Assembly (NCBI GenBank): GCA_034520565.1
Contig: JAXHNL010000002.1
Span: 512,001-576,000, forward strand
DNA from: Halodesulfurarchaeum sp.
GTDB lineage: Archaea > Halobacteriota > Halobacteria > Halobacteriales > Halobacteriaceae
Direction of reading: 5' to 3'
DNA: 64,000 nucleotides
The position numbers were made by a program, and so were the translations under genes. Below are positions 18,504 through 28,630 of this stretch, in pieces (the first letter of the stretch is position 1; the number at the start of each line of letters is the position of its first letter). Under the pieces are notes generated by a model. It saw nothing but the letters and a program-made list of their open reading frames with translations, ran no database searches and had not been told where the DNA came from.

Positions 18504-18622
18504 CCCATCGTGCCCGCTTCTGCGACGAACGGAGGTGAGGAGCGAAGCGGCGCATGGGATTTGAGCCCTGGAAGAGGAGCGAGCGCAGCGAGCGAGTCTT
18601 CCTTCGGTTCGAATCCCTTCGT
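18504..18622 (+). repeat. Right-end module 2: degenerate att + hairpin element + partial att
   Basis: CCCATCGTGCCCG (18504-18516), CGCATGGGATTTGAGCCCTGGAAG, GGTTCGAATCCCTTCGT (18606-18622). Confidence 0.8.
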
Positions 18623-18823
18623 AGGCGATTTTAGGTGGCAATATTACTTTTAAAGGCCATACAATAGAGATGGGATGATTATATAGGGCAAGTTTTGGGC
18701 AGCTTGATATCAATCATACTCCGGTATTTCCAAAATATTGGGTTGGCGATTTTTTAATAATCTAATCTAAAAATATAAATTTTGCAAAAGAAACATTATG
18801 GCGGAGAAAGATAGGCCAGATAA

Positions 18824-19690
18824 ATGAAGCGAACGATAAGATTTGCTCGGCTTTCATTTGAAAGAAAGTTAAGTCACTATGAAAGCGACGAAAACCCCAT
18901 AGAACGGCGAAAGAAGGCGTTATTAGATGTGATTGATTTTGATTTGGATGTCAACCGCCTTCTTCTTGAGACCGATCTAAAAATGATACGGGATAGAGGA
19001 GATTGGTATTTTGGTGATGTGGAAACAGAAGAGTCCGTAATTTCAGGATGGATAGGTAAAGAAAAAGAAGAGATAGAGAAGCACGTTGATGAAGATAAAA
19101 AAGGATTCAAAGAGACGGAAGAAAGCAAGGCAGATGTGGCATTTTTCGTAATTGACGTAGCCAATTCTGTAATGGCCTATGAGTTTAGATCAAATGTTGG
19201 AGAAAAAGCACCATACCGAATTCTGGAAGGTGTATTTAATGTCTACCACAAAGGTGAAGAAGAACTCTCTATCTCTCCAATAGTTGATAAAGAGGAAGTC
19301 CGATCAGAGCTTGATAGGATTTCTAGAGTAACTCAGGTGAAGTTCCAAGGTCTAAAGCCAACAAATCCAGATCGAACTGATTTATCAAAGCCAATGGATG
19401 AGTTTCTACAAGAAGGAGGCATTGACCGCTTATTTTTCAATGGCAAAAGTGATGATTCGACAAGAGGAATAAATTTGGAGGTGCCACTTTTGAATGGGGG
19501 TCTTAGCTTAGCCGAAGAAGGATATGGTAGTGCTACGATTAGTGGGAAGATGAAATCAGGAGAAGACATAGTCGTTACAACGGATGAAAAACAAATAGAG
19601 TCAGAAGTTGATGAGGCGAAAACCGACAGAATGTATAGAAAAAGACTAATAAATGAAATCGGAGAAACACTGGAGGATCTCGAAAATTGA
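18824..19690 (+). CDS. Soluble hypothetical protein, possibly DUF4747-like; candidate defence component
   Basis: 288 aa; ISPIVDKEEVRSELDRISRVTQVKFQGLKPTNPD and SLAEEGYGSATISGK patterns; TGATG-coupled to the downstream TM gene. Family call tentative. Confidence 0.7.
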   Translation: MKRTIRFARLSFERKLSHYESDENPIERRKKALLDVIDFDLDVNRLLLETDLKMIRDRGDWYFGDVETEESVISGWIGKEKEEIEKHVDEDKKGFKETEESKADVAFFVIDVANSVMAYEFRSNVGEKAPYRILEGVFNVYHKGEEELSISPIVDKEEVRSELDRISRVTQVKFQGLKPTNPDRTDLSKPMDEFLQEGGIDRLFFNGKSDDSTRGINLEVPLLNGGLSLAEEGYGSATISGKMKSGEDIVVTTDEKQIESEVDEAKTDRMYRKRLINEIGETLEDLEN

Positions 19691-20274
19691 TGGATAACTC
19701 TAATATGTTTTATCGGTTAAAGGAATTCGGATTTAGAAATATTATCTTGAGTTACGATACCCTTGGAGGGGGTATCTCGTTTTTTATAGTATACATATAT
19801 CTTGATGGGAGCGTGCCTCGGGAAATTGGATCAGACATACTGCCAACTATCGCGGTAGTATCGTCCACGTTGTTTGCCATCGTTCTTACTGGATTTACTA
19901 TAATCACATCTTTTACAGACCGTTACTTCCTTTATGCCTGGAAAGAAGTGGGCGACTTTGATGGAGTTGTTACCCTCTTTCAGTATAATCTCGCCTTGCC
20001 AATAATTGTTATTTTGGCATCTGTATCACTTATAATAAATTATAATGGGGTCGGGATGATGATCTTGATCTCTCTATTCGTATACATGATCTTGTCCTTA
20101 CTTAATTTAGTGGGATTTATTTCCAAGTACTCATTGCAAAGAGCAGAATTCGTTAAACAACAAATGGAGAAATCTGCTAAACAATCACCAAAAAACCAGG
20201 ATGATGATCCAACGTTGTCAACAAAACAGCTTAAAAAAGTCAAAAACTTATTAACTGAATACCCAGATGAATGA
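19690..20274 (+). CDS. Integral membrane protein (~4 TM) with charged C-terminal tail
   Basis: Four hydrophobic stretches; ATG overlaps the upstream stop codon. Confidence 0.75.
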   Translation: MDNSNMFYRLKEFGFRNIILSYDTLGGGISFFIVYIYLDGSVPREIGSDILPTIAVVSSTLFAIVLTGFTIITSFTDRYFLYAWKEVGDFDGVVTLFQYNLALPIIVILASVSLIINYNGVGMMILISLFVYMILSLLNLVGFISKYSLQRAEFVKQQMEKSAKQSPKNQDDDPTLSTKQLKKVKNLLTEYPDE

Positions 20275-20311
20275 TTATTTATATTGAAGATTTGGGATTG
20301 TGACTAAGAAT

Positions 20312-20540
20312 TTAGAGATTTGGAGATTGCCCCACAACCGGCAACCGCACCGTAAACACCGCCCCGCGAGGCGCCACGTCCACCTCGCCCCCGTACCGCT
20401 CGACCAGCGTCTCCACGATGTACAGCCCCAGCCCGGTCCCCTCGCTTTCGGGGTTGCGAACGCCCTCCTCGAAAATGGGCACCTTCTTGCCGTCGGGCAC
20501 GCCCGGCCGTCGAGAAGCACCACCAACACCCACCGACCGC
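20312..20540 (-). pseudogene. Histidine-kinase HATPase_c C-terminal remnant
   Basis: VLVVLLDG/PGVPDGKKVPIFEEG...GTGLGLYIVETLVERYGGEVDV...GAVFTVRLP with a frameshift in DGPG; no upstream HisKA. Confidence 0.7.
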
Positions 20541-20546
20541 CCCCAC

Positions 20547-22742
20547 TTACCGACCCGGGGGCGGCCCCCGAACCAGCACGACGTTCCCGGTCGCGTGCCT
20601 CGCGATCTGTTCCGTGAATCCCCCGTACTGAATCCCTGTCCCGTCGGTCCGGTGTGAAAGCCCGATAACGACCGTCTCGTACGCCTCAATGGCCTCCCCG
20701 ATGGCGGCCTCGATGTCCTCACTGACCAGAACCTCGGCGTCGTACGCCCCGGGGTCGAGTCCGGCCGAGTTCGCGATGTCCGCGAGCACCTCCCGCCCCG
20801 TTTCACGGGCGTCCGTCGCGGGAGCGGTACCCGGCGAGTGGGCGTACAGCAGGGTCGGAACGGTCCCGGCTGCAGTCGCAAATTCGACGGCCCGGCGGGC
20901 GACGACGGGGGCGTTCTCCCCGGGCGCGACCGGCGCGACGGGGGTGCCGACCGAGTCGGCGCTGAGCTTGACGAGGGAGACCGCACACGGGGCCCGCTCG
21001 ATCACCGGGTCGATCGTCTGCCCGAAGGTATCCTCCCCACCGCCGACTTCGCCGTCCCAGCCGAGCAGGACCTGGTCGGGATCCTCCTCGGCGATCAGGT
21101 CCAAAAGCGCGGTACTGACGTCGGGAGCGACGACTGCTCGAGTCCGGAGGCGAACGTCCTGCTCATCGGCGATGGCATGTGCACCCCGGAGGAGGTCCCG
21201 CTGGTGTTCGAGCCGCTCGGCCTCGATGTTCTGGTGGGACGTGTCCTGTGGACCCTCGAGGACGTTGATGGCGACGAGTTCCGGCACCCCGTGGTCCTCG
21301 TTGGCGTGGGCCGTCGCCGCGGCCAGCCTGAGCAACCCCTGCTGTGTCTCCGGGTTGGAAATGGGGACGACGACGCGGTAGGGTTCGCCGGGCGCGCTGG
21401 TCACCGCCTCCCGGAGGAGGCCGCTTCCGACGATACGAGTTCTCGCGTAGACGACATACCAGCCGACGCCGAGTGCGATGATGCCCGAGCCGATCAGGAC
21501 GATGACGGTCGCCATCTGGGAGATGACCACCACGGTGAGGACGAGCCCCAGCACCGGCACCAGCGGATAGAGGGGGCCCGGGAGTTCGAATGACGGGTCG
21601 TACTCGTCGGGATTCACCCGCCGGAACACCACGAGGGAGACGTGGACCAGCAAGTACGCCACGAGAAAGCTGAAACTCGCGGCCTCGGCGAGGAGGGCGA
21701 TGATCGACTCGACCTGGAGCCCGATCCCGATCAAGAGCGCCGTGACCCCGCCGGTGGCCAGGATAGCCCGGTGTGGCGTGTAGAACCGGTCGTGGCTCTC
21801 GTTGAACCACTCGCTCATGAGTCCGTCCCGGCCCATGGCATATATCACCCGCGAGGCGGCCAGGATCGAGGAGTTCGAACTCGAGATGGCGGCGATGACC
21901 GCGGCAAAAGAGATGCCGATCACCCCCACCGTCCCCATCGACACGGCCGCGACGTCGGAAACCGGGATCGGCGACTCCCCGAGCACGTCGATCGGGACGA
22001 CCCCCGTGCTCACGAGCATGACGAGCACGTAGAGCAGCGTCACCGAGACCACCGAGAGGATCATCGATAGCGGGATGATCCGGCTCGGGTTCTTGATCTC
22101 GCCGGCCACCGTGGCGATGATCTCGAAGCCGAGAAACGACACGAACACGATACCGGTGGTCGCGATGACGCCGGTCGCGCCCGTGGGAGCGAACGGCTCG
22201 AGGTTCGCCCCCTCGATGAAGAAGAGACCGACGGCGACGAAGACCAGCACGATCGCCGTCTCGGTTCCGATCATGACGTTCTGGAGCGCGCTCGATTCGT
22301 CGGTCCCGTAGTAGTTGACCGCGACGAGGAGTGCCAATCCGGACAGCCCGAGCGCGATGACGACCTGGCGACCGTCCAGGCCCGGAATCGGCCCGACGAT
22401 GTACTGGCCGAACCCGACCATGTAGAAGGCACTGGCAAACATCAGCCCGGTCCACATCCCCCACCCGACGATCGAGCCGAAGAGACCGCCGAGCGCCCGG
22501 TTGACGTAGTGATAGCTCCCGCCGGCGATCGGCATGCCGGTCGCGAGTTCCGAAAGTGAGAGGGCCGCGAGGAGCGCGACGAAACCGGCGATGGCATAGG
22601 AGACGGAACTCGCCGGGCCGGCACCTCGGGCCGCGATCCCGGGGAGGATGAAGATCCCGGCACCGATCATCGTCCCACCGCCGAGGGTCATGGCCTCCAG
22701 AAAGCCCAGGGTCCGTTCCAGTCCGCCTTCCTCGGCAGTCAT
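20547..22742 (-). CDS. APC-family amino acid permease with C-terminal USP domains
   Basis: GTMIGAGIF, ELATGMPIAGGSYHYV, GFEIIATVAGEIKNP; USP-like RVVVPISNP...PCAV. Confidence 0.9.
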   Translation of the reverse strand: MTAEEGGLERTLGFLEAMTLGGGTMIGAGIFILPGIAARGAGPASSVSYAIAGFVALLAALSLSELATGMPIAGGSYHYVNRALGGLFGSIVGWGMWTGLMFASAFYMVGFGQYIVGPIPGLDGRQVVIALGLSGLALLVAVNYYGTDESSALQNVMIGTETAIVLVFVAVGLFFIEGANLEPFAPTGATGVIATTGIVFVSFLGFEIIATVAGEIKNPSRIIPLSMILSVVSVTLLYVLVMLVSTGVVPIDVLGESPIPVSDVAAVSMGTVGVIGISFAAVIAAISSSNSSILAASRVIYAMGRDGLMSEWFNESHDRFYTPHRAILATGGVTALLIGIGLQVESIIALLAEAASFSFLVAYLLVHVSLVVFRRVNPDEYDPSFELPGPLYPLVPVLGLVLTVVVISQMATVIVLIGSGIIALGVGWYVVYARTRIVGSGLLREAVTSAPGEPYRVVVPISNPETQQGLLRLAAATAHANEDHGVPELVAINVLEGPQDTSHQNIEAERLEHQRDLLRGAHAIADEQDVRLRTRAVVAPDVSTALLDLIAEEDPDQVLLGWDGEVGGGEDTFGQTIDPVIERAPCAVSLVKLSADSVGTPVAPVAPGENAPVVARRAVEFATAAGTVPTLLYAHSPGTAPATDARETGREVLADIANSAGLDPGAYDAEVLVSEDIEAAIGEAIEAYETVVIGLSHRTDGTGIQYGGFTEQIARHATGNVVLVRGPPPGR

Positions 22743-22782
22743 GAAAAGCCCGTCCGGCGACCGGACAGCGTGGTGGTCGGCG

Positions 22783-23490
22783 TCATTCGACGTCCCTCAC
22801 GACGAGCGCCGAAGCCGGGACGTCGTCGATGATTCGAGAGAGGACGTCGCCGATGATGCGCTCGCGAAGCGAGGGTTCCGTTTCCCCGAGGACGACGAGA
22901 TCGTACGCGTCCCCCATCACAACGATGTCCTGGTGGGGGTCGCCGGCATCGCCGACCTGCCAGTCGATTCGATCCGCATCGATGCCGTATTCGATCAATC
23001 GCTCGGCCGTGCCCCGAAGGAGGAATTCCGCCTCCTCGGCGTCCTGTGCCCCGTCGATCGAATGGAAGAAGGTCGCGGTCGCTCGGCTGCCCCGCAGGAG
23101 TTCAGCGAGGACGGAGACGATCCGTTCGATGTTCGCCTCCCCCCGGATCGGCACGAGAACCCGGTCGATGTGGTCCGTGTCCCCGACAGTCAGCACTGCA
23201 TCGCAGTCGTACTGGTCGGCGACCCGGTCGATGGTGGTCTCTCTGTCGTGGGTGAACACCAGCAACTCGGTGACGTCGGCTCGCCCCCCGGTGATCGCGT
23301 CGAGTCTGGCCTCCGCTTCGGCCTCGTACTCGTGTTTGATGAGAGCCGGTTCGGCCTGGTCCGGGACCGGGAAGTACCCGAGTAGCACCACCTCGAAGGG
23401 CTGGAGGAGGTCGATGACCGAAAGAGCCGGCGGCTCCGGCTCCGAGACGTCGACCGGGAGCAAAATCGTCAATTCGCCGATCGGGGGCAT
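22783..23490 (-). CDS. Universal stress protein
   Basis: ILLPVDV, RVLVPIRG, YDLVVLGETEPSLRERIIGD...ALVVR. Confidence 0.85.
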   Translation of the reverse strand: MPPIGELTILLPVDVSEPEPPALSVIDLLQPFEVVLLGYFPVPDQAEPALIKHEYEAEAEARLDAITGGRADVTELLVFTHDRETTIDRVADQYDCDAVLTVGDTDHIDRVLVPIRGEANIERIVSVLAELLRGSRATATFFHSIDGAQDAEEAEFLLRGTAERLIEYGIDADRIDWQVGDAGDPHQDIVVMGDAYDLVVLGETEPSLRERIIGDVLSRIIDDVPASALVVRDVE

Positions 23491-23622
23491 CGTTTTCTAG
23501 CAGTTGTCGGGGGGATGTTGTGAATCCATCGCGTGTCGGAATCCTTCCCCCAAGATCGATGCGAGGACGGTATCGGTCACCTCACCACCGGCAATCGGAC
23601 CCTAAAGCATGCCGCGCCGCGA

Positions 23623-23772
23623 TCACAAAAGACCCGACACGTCCTCAAAGTCGGCCGCACAGTAGGGACACCGATAGGTCGTCTCGAATGAATCGCGGGT
23701 GGCGACCGTCCGGATCTCGAGTTCGTGCATCGCGATGGCGCGATCGCACTCCGGGCAGTCGATGCTGGGCAC
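23623..23772 (-). CDS. Small zinc-finger protein (49 aa, CPxC...CPxC)
   Basis: GTG start: MPSIDCPECDRAIAMHELEIRTVATRDSFETTYRCPYCAADFEDVSGLL*; below the ORF-track length cut-off. Confidence 0.7.
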   Translation of the reverse strand: MPSIDCPECDRAIAMHELEIRTVATRDSFETTYRCPYCAADFEDVSGLL

Positions 23773-23820
23773 GCACAACCGTATGGCTCCCAGAAACTTG
23801 AAGGATGGTACCGAGAGAGG

Positions 23821-24285
23821 TCAGCGGCGGTCGACGGCGAGGGACAGCGGCGTCGAATTCGCGATATTGTCGCTGACCGGGCACCGCTCTTCGACCGTTT
23901 CGAGCCAGGTTTCGAGCTGGTCGTCCTCGGCCTCCGTTTCGACTGCAAGCGAGACCGAAACCTGCTGATACCCGGCGCGCGGGTCCTCGCTTTGCCCCAT
24001 GAACTTCCGCGGGTCGAGGTCGCCCTCGATCTCCACGTCGATGTTCCGCATCTCGATGTCCATCTCGGCTGCGACGGTGTGCCCGACGACGTTCAGGCAC
24101 CCGGCGAGGGCCCCGAGGAGGTACTCGACCGGGTTCGGCCCGGCGTTCGTGCCACCGAGTTCGGTCGGTTCGTCGACGGAGAAGGTGAAATCCCGCGCCT
24201 CGACCACCGTGTGTGTCTCCGTTCGGCTCTCGGCGCTGATCGAAAACGAGACAGTCTCGTCCGCTTTCGATTTATGTCGTGCCAT
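23821..24285 (-). CDS. OsmC/Ohr family protein
   Basis: DEPTELGGTNAGPNPVEYLLGALAGC and ERCPVSD motifs. Confidence 0.9.
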   Translation of the reverse strand: MARHKSKADETVSFSISAESRTETHTVVEARDFTFSVDEPTELGGTNAGPNPVEYLLGALAGCLNVVGHTVAAEMDIEMRNIDVEIEGDLDPRKFMGQSEDPRAGYQQVSVSLAVETEAEDDQLETWLETVEERCPVSDNIANSTPLSLAVDRR

Positions 24286-24421
24286 ATATCCAATTTTGTT
24301 CTGAATAACCGTATATCTACCCATTAGTTCGGGAGAAAGTGTGACATTAACACACGTTAATGCGGAACACTCTTGCACGGGGACCGTCATCGGTTTACCG
24401 GCCGACCCCGGAAGGTTGGAT

Positions 24422-25435
24422 ATGATCGACCTGCGGAGTGATACCGTCACCCGTCCAACCACGGAAATGCGCGAGGCAGCCGCCGGGGCCGAGGTCGGCG
24501 ACGACGTTCACGGCGACGACCCCACTGTCGCGGACCTCCAGGCCAGGGCTGCAGACGTCGTCGGCACCGAAGCGGCGTTGTTCGTTCCCTCGGGAACGAT
24601 GGGCAACCAGATCGCTGCCCACGTCCACACGCAACCGGGCCAGGAAGTCATCACGGACCGCGAAAGCCACGTCGTGCGCTACGAGCGGGCCGGGTTCGCC
24701 CAGCACTCGGGCCTCCAGATCCGCACCATCGACGCCGACCGGGGCCTCCCAACCCCCGAGCAGGTCCGGGAGGCGTTTCTCGAAGGCAACTTGCACCGAC
24801 CCCCGACGGGGTTGCTCTCGCTCGAAAACACGCACAACGCCCGGGGTGGACTGGCGCTCGATCCCGATCGGTTCGGGGAAACGGTAGCCGCGGCCCACGA
24901 CCTGGGCGTTCCGATCCATCTCGACGGCGCCCGGCTGTTCAACGCGGCGGTCGCCCACGACGTGAGCGTGACCGCCTACACCGAGCACGTCGATTCGGTC
25001 ATGTTCTGCCTCTCGAAGGGACTCGGGGCGCCGATCGGCTCGATCCTGGCCGGCCCGGCCGACTTCATCGAGGACGCCCTCGGGATCCGGAAACTGTTCG
25101 GCGGCGGAATGCGACAGGCAGGCATGGTGGCCGCACCGGGGTTGCTGGGCCTCGAGGACCGCTCACACCTCGAAATCGACCACGAGAACGCCCACCACCT
25201 CGCCGACGGCCTCGCCGAAATCGACGGCCTGGCGATCACCGAACCAGAGACCAACATCGTGCTGGCGGACACGTCTGGTCTGGGGGACTCGGCCGCAACG
25301 TTCCTCGAGACGATCGAAGCCGCAGGCGTCCAGGCCTCGGAGTTCGGTCCCACCACCACCCGCTTCGTCACCCATCGTGACGTCTCCCCGAGCGACATCG
25401 AAACCGCAATCGAGGCGGTGCAGGGTGCCGTCTAG
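24422..25435 (+). CDS. ltaE: Low-specificity L-threonine aldolase
   Basis: [49 protein letters not shown]. Confidence 0.93.
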   Translation: MIDLRSDTVTRPTTEMREAAAGAEVGDDVHGDDPTVADLQARAADVVGTEAALFVPSGTMGNQIAAHVHTQPGQEVITDRESHVVRYERAGFAQHSGLQIRTIDADRGLPTPEQVREAFLEGNLHRPPTGLLSLENTHNARGGLALDPDRFGETVAAAHDLGVPIHLDGARLFNAAVAHDVSVTAYTEHVDSVMFCLSKGLGAPIGSILAGPADFIEDALGIRKLFGGGMRQAGMVAAPGLLGLEDRSHLEIDHENAHHLADGLAEIDGLAITEPETNIVLADTSGLGDSAATFLETIEAAGVQASEFGPTTTRFVTHRDVSPSDIETAIEAVQGAV

Positions 25436-25566
25436 TCCCGGTCACGAGCCCGGTCCATCCCCTCTTTGAACCCGAGGAGCGTCCGGCGGATCATCAGATA
25501 GATGAAGAAGAAAAAGAGCAACAGCGCCGCGAGGATGAAGTAAAACACCGGGCCTGTCTCGACCAT
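25432..25566 (-). CDS. Small single-TM protein (44 aa)
   Basis: [44 protein letters not shown]. Confidence 0.65.
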   Translation of the reverse strand: MVETGPVFYFILAALLLFFFFIYLMIRRTLLGFKEGMDRARDRD

Positions 25567-25770
25567 ACCGTGAGGTCGGCCGGCGGGGACAAAGCCGTTT
25601 CGTCACCGAAACCGCCCGTTCGGTCCCGGTGCGTTCGGAGCTCCCGGGACTCAAATGCGCGTTTGAGCCTCCGGTGGGCCCTTTATGAACCCGCGTGTAG
25701 CACTGCTCGGGGCGGAACCCGCATTCCCCCCATTGGTCGGGTTCGGCCCTGCCCCCCACCGTGCTGTGTC

Positions 25771-26286
25771 TCAGTTTCGGCCCTCCAGCCGGAATCCCTG
25801 TTCCTTTGTTCCCGAAACGGTCCGAATGACACCCTCGATCCTGCCGTTTTGCACTTCGAACGTCGCGTAGGTCGGCTCCCCGCCCCGCGGATCGGCGTGG
25901 CTCCCGGGGTTGAGAAGCGCCGGGCCGTCCCCTGAAACGAAATGTGGCCGGTGGGTGTGTCCGGAGATGACCAGGTCGGCGTCCCGTTCGGCCCCGAAGT
26001 ACGAGAGACCGGTCCGTCCGCCAGCCTGTGTATGGGTGACCGCGACCGTGAACCCGTTCACGTCGAGCGTTCGGGCTTCGGGCAGTCGATCAATCACCGC
26101 CGTGTCGTCCCGGTTGCCGGCGACCGCGAAAAGGGTGTGGGCCATCTCGTGAAACCCGTCGAGGACGGCCTCGGTGGTGAAATCCCCGGCGTGGATCACC
26201 CGGTCGGCCCGGGAGACGGCCTCGGCGAGGTGGTCATCGAGTCCAGGGCGTTCTGTTCGATGGGTGTCCGAGACGACCACGATCAT
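25771..26286 (-). CDS. Metallophosphoesterase (YfcE/MJ0936 family)
   Basis: SDTH, HAGD, GNRD, GHTH, NPGS motifs. Confidence 0.9.
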   Translation of the reverse strand: MIVVVSDTHRTERPGLDDHLAEAVSRADRVIHAGDFTTEAVLDGFHEMAHTLFAVAGNRDDTAVIDRLPEARTLDVNGFTVAVTHTQAGGRTGLSYFGAERDADLVISGHTHRPHFVSGDGPALLNPGSHADPRGGEPTYATFEVQNGRIEGVIRTVSGTKEQGFRLEGRN

Positions 26287-26429
26287 GGTCGAGACTCGAG
26301 GTGGAGCCACCTCAGGCTTTGGACCCGGAACGATCGGTCAGGCTCGTCGCCGCGTCGGATGGGTGACCCGCCCGGGGCCACCGGCGCGGAGGAAGAGGTT
26401 TATGCCCGCGTGGGCAGTGACCCCCACAC

Positions 26430-28601
26430 GTGGCAGCCGAGTACGACCAGTTCTTTCCGAAACCCGCGCCCTACGAGCACCAGGGCGAGGCGATGGACGC
26501 CATCGCGGACGCCCTCGAGGTCGGCCGAGACGTCGCGTTCGAGGGGGCCCCGGGAACCGGAAAGACCCTCGCGGCGCTCGCGCCGGCGCTCGCCTACGCC
26601 CGCGAGCACGACAAGACCGTCGTCATCACGACGAACGTGCACCAGCAGATGCGCCAGTTCGTCGCGGAGGCCCGCGAGATCCACGCCGAGACCCCCATTC
26701 GGGCCGCGGTGTTCAAGGGGAAATCCTCGATGTGTCACATCGACGTCGGCTACGAGGAGTGCCAGGTGCTCCGGGACACGACCCGCGAGGTCGTCGAACT
26801 CGAGGAAGAACTCGCCGAGTTGCGGGACCGGGAACGCTGGCTGCTCGAGGAGGCCCAGAGCGGCTCGGAGGCGGCCGCCGAGAAGCGACAGGCGGTCCTC
26901 GACGAGATCGAGGCCGTCGAAGCGGAAATCGAGGACCGCTCGGACTCGCATACCTGCGAACACTACCGGGCGAACCTGACCCAACCGGGGGACAGCTTCG
27001 TCTCCTGGCTGTTCGACGGCGTCCGCACCCCCGATGAGGTCTACAGCTACGCCGAACGCCGCGGATCCTGTGGCTACGAGCGACTCAAGGAGGGCCTGAA
27101 CGGCGTCGAGCTGGTGGTGGCCAACTACCACCACCTGCTCGATCCCACCATTCGGGCCCAGTTCTTCCGGTGGCTCGACCGCGATCCGGAGAACGTCATC
27201 GCCGTCTTCGACGAGGCCCACAACGTCGAGGACGCCGCCAGGGACCACGCGACCCGCACGCTTACCGAGAACACCCTCGAGGAGGCCGAAAACGAGGCCG
27301 ACGACGTCGACGACTCGCGGGCCGAGGGAGCCCGCCGGATCTTCGAGCCGTTTCGCGACGGCCTGATCGAGACCTACGAGTCGAGTTTCGACTTCGGGGA
27401 CCGCGAGGCCGTCGGGCAGAACTGGCAGGACGTTCCGGTGGCAAACGAGACCGGCCGGGACGACCTCACCCGCGCGTTTCTCAACCAGTATCGCGGGCCA
27501 GGCATCGAATCGGACCTCGAGGACGCGGTCAAGCTGGGCGTCGTTCTGGACGAGGAGTACGAAACCGCCTACCGCGAGGGCGACGCCGAGACCCGCCGAG
27601 AGTCCCAGACCCTCCTCGCTGCGGATTTCATCGACCGCTACCTGGAGGAGGGCGACCGGACCGGTCGCTATCCCACGCTGGGCGTTCGACGGGACGACTC
27701 GACGGGCGAGGTGTATGGACGGGCCGAACTCTTCAACTGCATTCCACGGGAGGTCACCGAGACGCTCTTCGAGGAGGTTCACTCGACGGTCCTCATGAGC
27801 GCCACGCTGCGGCCCTTTGACGTCCTCGGTGAGGTGCTGGGGCTCCAGGACCCCGAGGAGCTGGCCTTCGGGCTCACCTTCCCCGAGGAAAACCGCCGGA
27901 CCTTCGCCGTCGACGTCCCGCCGCTTTTCGCCAGCCGGCGCGAGGACCCGGGCATCCAGGAGGTGGTTTCGGACACCCTCCGGGACGCGATCGAGTTCAC
28001 GCCGGGGAACACGCTCGTCTTCTTCCCGAGTTACTCGGAGGCCGAGCGGTACTACGACCGTCTCGACGGGGACGTCGACGCGACGACGTACCTCGACGAG
28101 CCGGGGGTCCCCGTCGAGGAGAAACGCCAGTCCTTCGTCTCGCGAACGGACGGGGCCATGTTCACCTCGCTCTGGGGTACCCTCGCGGAGGGGGTGAGCT
28201 TCGACGGCGACGACGCCCGCTCGGTCGCGGTCGTGGGCGTCCCGTACCCGCGCCTCGACGAGCGCTCGGAGGCGATCCAGGACGCCTACGACGAGGTGTT
28301 CGGCCACCGCGGGGAGAACGCCGGCTGGCGCTATGCCGTCGAGATCCCCACCGTCCGGAAGACCCGACAGGCGATCGGTCGGGTGATCCGCTCGCCCGAA
28401 GACATCGGCGTCCGGGCCCTGATCGACCGCCGCTACACCGCCGCCTCGCGCACCGGCATGAAAGACTACTCGGTCAACACGGACTTTCCACCGGAGGAGC
28501 GCCGGGAACTGGTCGACATTCAGCCCCAGAAGCTTCGGTACGCGATGCTGAACTTCTTCAAGGATCGGGCGGGCTACGACGGCAACCCCCCGGAACCCTG
28601 A
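26430..28601 (+). CDS. rad3: Rad3/XPD-like ATP-dependent DNA helicase
   Basis: GAPGTGKT, Fe-S Cys residues, ANYHHLL, DEAH, MSATL, FFPSY, EGVSF, QAIGRVIR. Confidence 0.9.
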   Translation: MAAEYDQFFPKPAPYEHQGEAMDAIADALEVGRDVAFEGAPGTGKTLAALAPALAYAREHDKTVVITTNVHQQMRQFVAEAREIHAETPIRAAVFKGKSSMCHIDVGYEECQVLRDTTREVVELEEELAELRDRERWLLEEAQSGSEAAAEKRQAVLDEIEAVEAEIEDRSDSHTCEHYRANLTQPGDSFVSWLFDGVRTPDEVYSYAERRGSCGYERLKEGLNGVELVVANYHHLLDPTIRAQFFRWLDRDPENVIAVFDEAHNVEDAARDHATRTLTENTLEEAENEADDVDDSRAEGARRIFEPFRDGLIETYESSFDFGDREAVGQNWQDVPVANETGRDDLTRAFLNQYRGPGIESDLEDAVKLGVVLDEEYETAYREGDAETRRESQTLLAADFIDRYLEEGDRTGRYPTLGVRRDDSTGEVYGRAELFNCIPREVTETLFEEVHSTVLMSATLRPFDVLGEVLGLQDPEELAFGLTFPEENRRTFAVDVPPLFASRREDPGIQEVVSDTLRDAIEFTPGNTLVFFPSYSEAERYYDRLDGDVDATTYLDEPGVPVEEKRQSFVSRTDGAMFTSLWGTLAEGVSFDGDDARSVAVVGVPYPRLDERSEAIQDAYDEVFGHRGENAGWRYAVEIPTVRKTRQAIGRVIRSPEDIGVRALIDRRYTAASRTGMKDYSVNTDFPPEERRELVDIQPQKLRYAMLNFFKDRAGYDGNPPEP

Positions 28602-28630
28602 TCGGGGCCGACCAGTCGGGCACGCGTGAC

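Larger units (their letters stand above)
14003..18622. mobile_element. Second, degenerate integrative element in tandem (no rep; integrase remnant only)
   Basis: Left arm 14036-14137 resembles 4988-5093; right end 18335-18622 is a diverged copy of 13724-14019 (int 3' end, att, hairpin). Confidence 0.75.
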
